Below, piece after piece: positions 32,397 to 38,622 of a stretch of DNA of 38,622 nucleotides. Location of the stretch: IMG/VR virus record IMGVR_UViG_3300006129_000015, positions 1-38,622 of that record. One strand, 5' to 3'. This DNA is from a virus (lineage: Duplodnaviria > Caudoviricetes). Made by a program: the position numbers and the translations under genes. Below the pieces are notes generated by a model. It searched no databases and was not told where the DNA came from. It saw only the letters and a list, made by a program, of their open reading frames with translations. Each line of letters begins with the position of its first letter. Position 1 is the first letter of the stretch.

Positions 32397-35071
32397 TTCA
32401 ATTTTGTCTTCTTCAGTGATTGGATAGTATTTTTGAAATTCTCGGGGTTAATCAATACTGATTCTCTTAATAGTTTACCGTTTAATGATACCCAATAATC
32501 ACGCGCTTTTTGTGATTCAAAAAACTGGCTTTTTCGGGTCTTGTTTTCGGACCAAATCACTCCCCATGGTGTTTTGGCAGATTCTGCTACTAGATTAATA
32601 TCAGACAAAACCACTTGTTTCTTATTAAGCAGTCGAACAGATTCTTGAATCAAACTGGCTAGCTTGGCTTTGATTTCTCTATTTTCTTGAACAATTTTTG
32701 CTTTCTTTTGTTCAAGTACATCAGCTTCAATTCCTTGTCCAAATCCCAACAAATCAGGCTGGTTGTTTTCATTCAATCGACGAGTATAAAGTGTTCTATG
32801 TTCTTCTAATTTTTTGTCTATTTTTTTAATAGCTTGTTGATTGAGTTTGGTGACTGTTTCAAGCCTGGAAATTCTGTTTATAGGGGCAATTGGTAATAGT
32901 GATTCATAAATCGCTTTGGCACGGCGATTTTCAGCACCTGAAGATATGCCACTGGTTCGATTGAATTCTCGTTGTGCCTGCATTTTTGCAAACAACTTGA
33001 GTGATTCAGTTAGTGTTCTACCTTCATCAGCCATGTGTGCCACGTGGTGATGCCCATCTTCATCAGTTCCCAAATGACCCCAGTCAGAATTTAGTTCCAA
33101 CCACTTGTTACAATCTGCTACTGAATGAAATACTTTAGTATCAAACAGTTTACCATATGACATAAAAGTGCCTGCTTTGGGAGCAATTTTAGTTTCTCCA
33201 TGTTCATGTTTGTATTTCACGTCAATTGATTTTACATCATGGTTATGTTTTCCGGCCCATTCTTTATAAGCTGCTTGTGATGTAAATTTAACTTCTCCTT
33301 TTTGTCCAGTGGGAGTCAAATATTCCACTGTAATACTTGATACAGCCTTATCCATTTCTGTATCTACTACAGATTCAGTAAGCGGTTCTTCAGATTTGGG
33401 TTTTTCTTGTCCGGCTTCAGGTTTTAGACTCCAACCACTCTCGCCCTTTTCAGACTGTGGGTGTTCTGCTTTTTTATTACGTCCCAGTGGAGAATTAGTG
33501 GGGCCAGAATCAGGTCCCATTCCGGTAAAATCATCAGCCGGCATTTTGCTCTGTTTGTGCTCTTCGCCATCAGCGCTGGGCTCATCCATTCCACCCATAT
33601 CCCATTCAGGCGCTTTGGCAGAATCCAAATCAGTTGCAGCAGTTGGTACTTGTCCAGATTGTAGGCTCATAATAGCATTATCAGTTGCATCTTTTGCTGT
33701 AATTGCAGTTTGAAGCAAAGTATCCAATTGTGCTTTGACAATTTCATTAAAGCTTTGTGCGATTTCTATACCAAACTGTCGCTTCATAACATCTACTAGT
33801 GGCATGAGATCTTCAACGCCCATCTTGGCTGCTTGTTCTGCTATTTTTTGCAACCGGTCACTGATGTCCTGTGCAGCCAACAATGTTTGTGCGTTAGCAA
33901 TTTCATCTGTAGGGCGATTAGCTAATCCCATTCTGCCATAACTGGCTTCTCTTAATTTTCTCATGTTGGTGGCTTTCTGATTTGATTTGAATTTTTCTCC
34001 CAATACTTGTCCTTGTACTTGCGCAGCTTGTGGAACTGGATTTGAAGTTACAGTTGTAGTTGTTGGGGCGGTATTTGGTTGTGAAGAAACCGTATTGGTA
34101 GCGGGTGCTGCATTTGCTGCTGGCACCGCAGGTTGTGCAGGTTGATTGGGAGCAGCTGGTTGGATAAGCACTTCTTCATCCAATTCACCGTCTACCCATT
34201 TCACACCCTGCATGTCACGTGGATAGGTAGATTTCAAATGCTGAATTATTTTGGCATTATCCCAGTTGGGATTAACTGAAGAGATTAACGTGGTTGATGG
34301 AAGTTGGCCTTTGGTATCTACCAAACAAATGTCTGTACGAGGTTTTCCGGTCACTTTATCTTTTAGAATCTTGCCCGTTTTTCCAGTTTTGACTTTTTGA
34401 ATTTGTAGAGCAGTGCCTGTAAAATAACCCAGTATATGACTATCTGTTTTATAAACCGTTGAATTACCTTCTGTATCTTGAGTTTCCATTACGTCTTCTG
34501 GTACTTCTTGCACTATAATTTTAATGCTAAATCGTTCTTGGTCTACAAAGTCATATCGTACCTTGCCATTTCCCAAATCCTTATATCCACAAGTATCAGC
34601 ATTGAATAAATTTAATGACAAGTCTCCAGTTTGAGAAGAATAATCATCTATAGCAAATTCTGCCGCATGTATATCACTTGGCGCCATGAGATCCACGTTG
34701 AAAATTTCCTTCTGATCACGATAAATTGTCACACCATAGTGAATGCCTGAAAGATCATCGCCTTCAGGAGTGACGAAGGATTCATTCACTGCTTTCTTCG
34801 GACGACGCTTGGGGGCAATTTCTTTTAAGTAAATTCTGCAGGCTTCCAGGATCAGCATAGTTGCCGCATATCGTGGGTTAGTCATATAGCTGTTGAAAGA
34901 ACTGGATCCGACAATTTGCTTTTTTTCAATTTCAGTTGTTTCTTGAAGGTGTAAAATTTGATCAATAGTACGTTTGGCAAAATTGATTCGAATGCCATGT
35001 GTTTCATTCAATGTTTTTAGAATCTTTTGTAACTTGTAGTTGCCACCAGATCCAATATTATCCAAATTCAT
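32393..35071 (-). CDS. large probable prohead core/scaffold-like protein
   Basis: 892 aa; coiled-coil and QPAAP low-complexity segments; many (L/V/I)xE(S/A) sites; CATAAATA upstream. Confidence 0.6.
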   Translation of the reverse strand: MNLDNIGSGGNYKLQKILKTLNETHGIRINFAKRTIDQILHLQETTEIEKKQIVGSSSFNSYMTNPRYAATMLILEACRIYLKEIAPKRRPKKAVNESFVTPEGDDLSGIHYGVTIYRDQKEIFNVDLMAPSDIHAAEFAIDDYSSQTGDLSLNLFNADTCGYKDLGNGKVRYDFVDQERFSIKIIVQEVPEDVMETQDTEGNSTVYKTDSHILGYFTGTALQIQKVKTGKTGKILKDKVTGKPRTDICLVDTKGQLPSTTLISSVNPNWDNAKIIQHLKSTYPRDMQGVKWVDGELDEEVLIQPAAPNQPAQPAVPAANAAPATNTVSSQPNTAPTTTTVTSNPVPQAAQVQGQVLGEKFKSNQKATNMRKLREASYGRMGLANRPTDEIANAQTLLAAQDISDRLQKIAEQAAKMGVEDLMPLVDVMKRQFGIEIAQSFNEIVKAQLDTLLQTAITAKDATDNAIMSLQSGQVPTAATDLDSAKAPEWDMGGMDEPSADGEEHKQSKMPADDFTGMGPDSGPTNSPLGRNKKAEHPQSEKGESGWSLKPEAGQEKPKSEEPLTESVVDTEMDKAVSSITVEYLTPTGQKGEVKFTSQAAYKEWAGKHNHDVKSIDVKYKHEHGETKIAPKAGTFMSYGKLFDTKVFHSVADCNKWLELNSDWGHLGTDEDGHHHVAHMADEGRTLTESLKLFAKMQAQREFNRTSGISSGAENRRAKAIYESLLPIAPINRISRLETVTKLNQQAIKKIDKKLEEHRTLYTRRLNENNQPDLLGFGQGIEADVLEQKKAKIVQENREIKAKLASLIQESVRLLNKKQVVLSDINLVAESAKTPWGVIWSENKTRKSQFFESQKARDYWVSLNGKLLRESVLINPENFKNTIQSLKKTKLK

Positions 35072-35162
35072 TCTCTACCTTTTTGACAAAACTTTGGCTT
35101 TCTTGTGAAAACTCAAAGAGTTTATATTGGTTATTTATGCCAATTGGAGGAATTTATTTTTC

Positions 35163-35828
35163 TTAGATGTTTTCAGCAATTGAACGAATGTTTTGTTTAC
35201 ATTCCATGGCACGCTGCATACTTGCTTGGAACCGCGCTTCATATAAATCTATTTTTTCAAATAAATTCTTCTTTTCTGCTGTGCGAGATTTTCTTTTATA
35301 ACTCAATGCATCGATTTTGTGATTTGCATAACTGTTGTCATATTCAAATAATCGACTTATTTTTGGATTATTGACAAATGAACCTGAATTCAACAGCTTG
35401 ACCACTGCCAGAGCAGTTTCATAAAGCGTTACTTGTTCCGCAATAATATCACCACTTCTAATATGGTAGATATTATAATATTGTTTGCCAGCAACTCTGT
35501 TGGGATCTTCACATCTATCAATTTGATATTGCCCAACCTTCACGCCCGCTGAATTAACGCTAGTAGTGATAGCAGTTTGTATTTCAGTATTCCTCACTGA
35601 TTCTGTTACCAAATTGTCAGTCACATCATCAGCTATGCTGTTTAACTTTGATAACAAATCAGTCATTGCTGAGATATCACGTTTGGATGGACCACGCTCA
35701 AGAACAATGGGTTCTTGAGCTTCTGACAAATTTGTTGACATGCCTGGTAAAGGAGCAGGTGGTGGATCACCATTTAAAATTGCTTTCAAACGAGCCATTT
35801 CATAAACTTCTTGCGGAGTTACAGTCAT
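35163..35828 (-). CDS. hypothetical late protein
   Basis: AGGAG RBS; TAATG coupling; LSEA and VTES sites. Confidence 0.7.
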   Translation of the reverse strand: MTVTPQEVYEMARLKAILNGDPPPAPLPGMSTNLSEAQEPIVLERGPSKRDISAMTDLLSKLNSIADDVTDNLVTESVRNTEIQTAITTSVNSAGVKVGQYQIDRCEDPNRVAGKQYYNIYHIRSGDIIAEQVTLYETALAVVKLLNSGSFVNNPKISRLFEYDNSYANHKIDALSYKRKSRTAEKKNLFEKIDLYEARFQASMQRAMECKQNIRSIAENI

Positions 35829-36058
35829 TAATCTCTCCTGACGTCTTCTAGGCCATTATAAGTAAAAACCAGTTGGTCTGCAATTTTAAATCGGTTGAAT
35901 ACACCTTTGACAACCAAGTTGCGAGCTATTTCCTGTTGCCGTTCATTTAATTCACGCTTTTTCACAGGTTCAGGACTGGACTTTACCTGTTCTACCAACA
36001 AAAGCTCTTCATTGCTCACAACAACCAACATGTTGCCTTCTATTTCAATAAATTTCAT
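35828..36058 (-). CDS. hypothetical protein
   Basis: TAATG-coupled on both sides. Confidence 0.7.
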   Translation of the reverse strand: MKFIEIEGNMLVVVSNEELLLVEQVKSSPEPVKKRELNERQQEIARNLVVKGVFNRFKIADQLVFTYNGLEDVRRD

Positions 36059-36573
36059 TAGGGTGCGATCTTTGTTTTAAGCCATTCTGCTTCTTGTTTG
36101 GTAAGCCGCAATGTGACGTTGCCATTCTTATTATATGTTTGATCAGCATCCTCCATTGAATTATTCAATTTATGAAAAACATCTTGTTGCAATTGATCCA
36201 ATTCTTCAGTGACAATTTCCTTGGGTTCAACACCAGCCAATTGCATCATGCGATTGATAGGAGACAGGGATGTCATTCCCATTACCATTTCATCCAATTT
36301 AGTTAAATCTGATTTGGCTACCATTTTGAGTTTTCCTTCAAATAAAATTCCTACTGTTTGACGTGGACCTTCAGGAATTTTTACTTTCACTTCAGTATTT
36401 TGATAGATTACAGTTTCACGCTCTTCAAAAATACGATCAGAATTTTCCAAATTTCGCAATTCAGCTTGAGAGAAATGACGCTTGGCTCTACGGCTCCAAC
36501 GATCTTGACGACTGTCATAGAGTCCTTCTGTTTCATTTAGATCAGTTTGAGTAAATTTTTTCATTGGTCGCAT
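36058..36573 (-). CDS. hypothetical late protein
   Basis: AGGAG RBS; 'RMMQLAGV' motif; start may be 36564. Confidence 0.7.
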   Translation of the reverse strand: MRPMKKFTQTDLNETEGLYDSRQDRWSRRAKRHFSQAELRNLENSDRIFEERETVIYQNTEVKVKIPEGPRQTVGILFEGKLKMVAKSDLTKLDEMVMGMTSLSPINRMMQLAGVEPKEIVTEELDQLQQDVFHKLNNSMEDADQTYNKNGNVTLRLTKQEAEWLKTKIAP

Positions 36574-36740
36574 TCAGATTCTCCTAGGTTAGTGGGGTCA
36601 ACAGGAAACATGGGTTTAATATCCTGAAATGAATTAGTCGTTAATTCAACTGGTTGTTTCATTTTTTTCAAAACACCATTCTTTCTCACAAAAACAATTT
36701 TTTCATAAGTTATTTTAGTTAATTCAGGATCCAAAATCAT
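36561..36740 (-). CDS. small hypothetical protein (59 aa)
   Basis: Manual ORF MILDPELTKITYEK...SECDQ; ATGA overlap with the upstream stop; fills the gap exactly. Confidence 0.55.
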   Translation of the reverse strand: MILDPELTKITYEKIVFVRKNGVLKKMKQPVELTTNSFQDIKPMFPVDPTNLGESECDQ

Positions 36741-37444
36741 AATTCATATCCTGTATTAGTACGATCTTCCTTTATATTTTTCATTTTCAACTTTACCCTA
36801 TTCACCAAATCTTTGACAACCGGAAAACCTTTAACAAATTCATATATTTCTATCAAATCTTTCTGTGTAATTTCTCCAGATTTAATTTTCTGTAATACAA
36901 TGTCAAGTTCGGACATAAATCGTTTCTTAAAGTCAGCCAATAATATTTCTCGAATTTGATACCAATCATTTGTAGTTATTTTTTTATTTTTAACTCGTTC
37001 ATATAATTCAATTACTAAATCTGCAAATGTTAATTTTTTTCTATTGATCAGCATATCATGGGCACGTTTGATTTCTTGCTCAGCTGAATTAGAAGGGGCA
37101 ACAGCTTCATTTATTCTATCAGCCTTATCAGCAAGAAACATTAATGTTTTACTCAGAGAGGCACTTATACATACACTGACCGCAACTAATATAGTAGCCC
37201 CTACAATAATAGTCACAGTGAATTGCACAATGCCAAGCAGTACTGAAAATATAACGCTGAGTACTGCAAGTATTATCCAAGAAGCAAACGCCACCGTACC
37301 AAATAATATGGTAATTGCAGATAATGATTTTAACAAATTTTCTCGATTTTTTACCTTAGCAAGTAAATCATCTATTCGTACACCAACCGTTGGGTTTTTA
37401 CCTTCTAATAAATCTATATATTTTCTAATTTCTTGACTGCTCAT
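36737..37444 (-). CDS. membrane protein with a long hydrophobic hairpin
   Basis: About 55 contiguous hydrophobic residues; N-terminal 'IRKYIDLLE'; TATAAATA upstream. Confidence 0.7.
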   Translation of the reverse strand: MSSQEIRKYIDLLEGKNPTVGVRIDDLLAKVKNRENLLKSLSAITILFGTVAFASWIILAVLSVIFSVLLGIVQFTVTIIVGATILVAVSVCISASLSKTLMFLADKADRINEAVAPSNSAEQEIKRAHDMLINRKKLTFADLVIELYERVKNKKITTNDWYQIREILLADFKKRFMSELDIVLQKIKSGEITQKDLIEIYEFVKGFPVVKDLVNRVKLKMKNIKEDRTNTGYEL

Positions 37445-37497
37445 TTAAGTTAACCTTTAAAAATGCATCACTATTTATATAATTTGGTTCGTTCAAT

Positions 37498-37523
37498 AAA
37501 AAAGGCACTGTTGCCAGTGCCTT
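37498..37523 (-). terminator. intrinsic terminator
   Basis: AAGGCACUG-GCAA-CAGUGCCUU followed by a U-run. Confidence 0.8.
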
Positions 37524-37545
37524 CTTCATTTAATTTTTTAAAAAA

Positions 37546-38151
37546 TTAAAGGGTGTTGCTCAACAGTGCAATTGTATTGGTATTTGCTGAACTCTTGGTT
37601 TCAAATACCAATGTTTGAAGTACAGTTGAAGCCAAGTCTACAACAGCAGTGCCTTGAAGGGCATCAAGTAACTGATATCCACCGGCGTTGGTGTTGTCTG
37701 TTGAAGTAGTAGCTTGTACCAACCATGGGTTCAAACGGTCAGTTGCAAATTTCACTGTATATACTGTTGAGCTTGAATTGTAAGCTGAACCAAATGCGGT
37801 TGCATAGCTATAACCAGTGTATGAAGCAGCAGATGGGTTAGCAACTGTAGCTGAAGATACGCTCATTGCAACCAATGATGCACGTTGAGCAAACGTTTGA
37901 ACTAGTGTGTTCAGGTTAGCTTGCTTGTTGAATGCATCTTGATATGCTGATTGTGTACCATATGTTTGGGCTGTACCAGAACCATCAGTAATGGTGATTG
38001 AAACCCAACCAGAAGCAGGAACATAGAGATCCGCAACTGGAGTTGTAACATTGGTTTGTGCTACTGGAACGATAGTAGCTACACTGTAGTAAGAAATATT
38101 ACCGGTAATAAATTCTCCGGCTTTGGCATTGCCATTGACACGATCTGTCAT
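37546..38151 (-). CDS. probable highly expressed virion structural protein
   Basis: A/S/T-rich; own CATAAATA promoter, AGGAG RBS and terminator. Confidence 0.65.
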   Translation of the reverse strand: MTDRVNGNAKAGEFITGNISYYSVATIVPVAQTNVTTPVADLYVPASGWVSITITDGSGTAQTYGTQSAYQDAFNKQANLNTLVQTFAQRASLVAMSVSSATVANPSAASYTGYSYATAFGSAYNSSSTVYTVKFATDRLNPWLVQATTSTDNTNAGGYQLLDALQGTAVVDLASTVLQTLVFETKSSANTNTIALLSNTL

Positions 38152-38223
38152 TTTGCTCTCCTAAAATTAAAATTGCAAAGATTGTTGTTTGCAATGTTAT
38201 TTATGCAAAAGCTCTAGTTTGAG

Positions 38224-38622
38224 TTATTTGCCGCGTTTTTTTCGCATCTTCTTTTCAGCTTGCTTAATATATCCAAACAAATTAGGGGTTCTGCTGATGG
38301 TTTGTCGACCAAATGGGGACGCAACTGAAGCAATTGCGCCAGCGCCAGTTGCTCCAGAACTTGCATCTTCCGAAAGTGAAGCTGGTTCTTTTGATAGATT
38401 CAAATAATCCAGTATCTGATCTGCTTTATCTAGACTTATCAATTGATCATGATCCTGTGTATTATAGGGGTGAGAATCCCAAGCAACTGGATCAATTATT
38501 TTCGCAATTGCGTGTCGATTTTCTTCTTGTTCAGGAGGCACTTCATCAACCAGCAAGTCTTCGGGTTGACTTTTTTCTGGTGGAACATCAGCTTTCAATT
38601 CTGCATCAATTGATTCCAGTGA
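38224..38622 (-). CDS. hypothetical late protein (partial, frame open to the right edge)
   Basis: Open frame to 38622; 'LSEDASSGATGAGAIASV' segment and basic tail. Confidence 0.6.
   Translation of the reverse strand, partial: SLESIDAELKADVPPEKSQPEDLLVDEVPPEQEENRHAIAKIIDPVAWDSHPYNTQDHDQLISLDKADQILDYLNLSKEPASLSEDASSGATGAGAIASVASPFGRQTISRTPNLFGYIKQAEKKMRKKRGK

Noticed and set aside
625-38407. Many short ORFs in the track lying antisense to or inside long genes
   Set aside because: They overlap well-supported genes, mostly have non-ATG starts, and lack RBS or motifs.
1-38622. Stop-codon reassignment
   Set aside because: Conserved enzymes are full length in the standard code, and TAA, TGA and TAG all end genes.

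Overview
AT-rich, gene-dense segment of a large (jumbo-type) tailed dsDNA phage genome, mostly on the minus strand, in the standard genetic code. Evidence for a phage: T4-like late promoters ((T/C/A)ATAAATA), two-subunit type II topoisomerase, class Ia NrdAB plus glutaredoxin, exonucleases, and a block of probable virion/head proteins at the right end. A circularly permuted two-piece tmRNA (tag ANDNAFMEMAA) points to an alphaproteobacterial host (inference). The accessory part is rich in RNA and translation functions: TilS, a tRNA(CAU) interrupted by an 83-nt structured insertion, tmRNA, a stand-alone Smr nuclease, and a PNKP-like phosphatase. It also encodes QueD, GuaC, a NUDIX hydrolase, a SprT-like protease, two glycosyltransferases, a GIY-YIG homing endonuclease and a TnpB-only IS200/IS605 element with both ends visible. 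The strongest candidate for an undescribed system is a Ro60-like (DUF2828/vWA) gene preceded by three tandem ~55-nt structured RNAs. Each has a bulged terminal stem and an invariant UUUCA/UGAAA hairpin with a different 7-nt, anticodon-like loop. All calls come from motif reading by eye; no searches were run.
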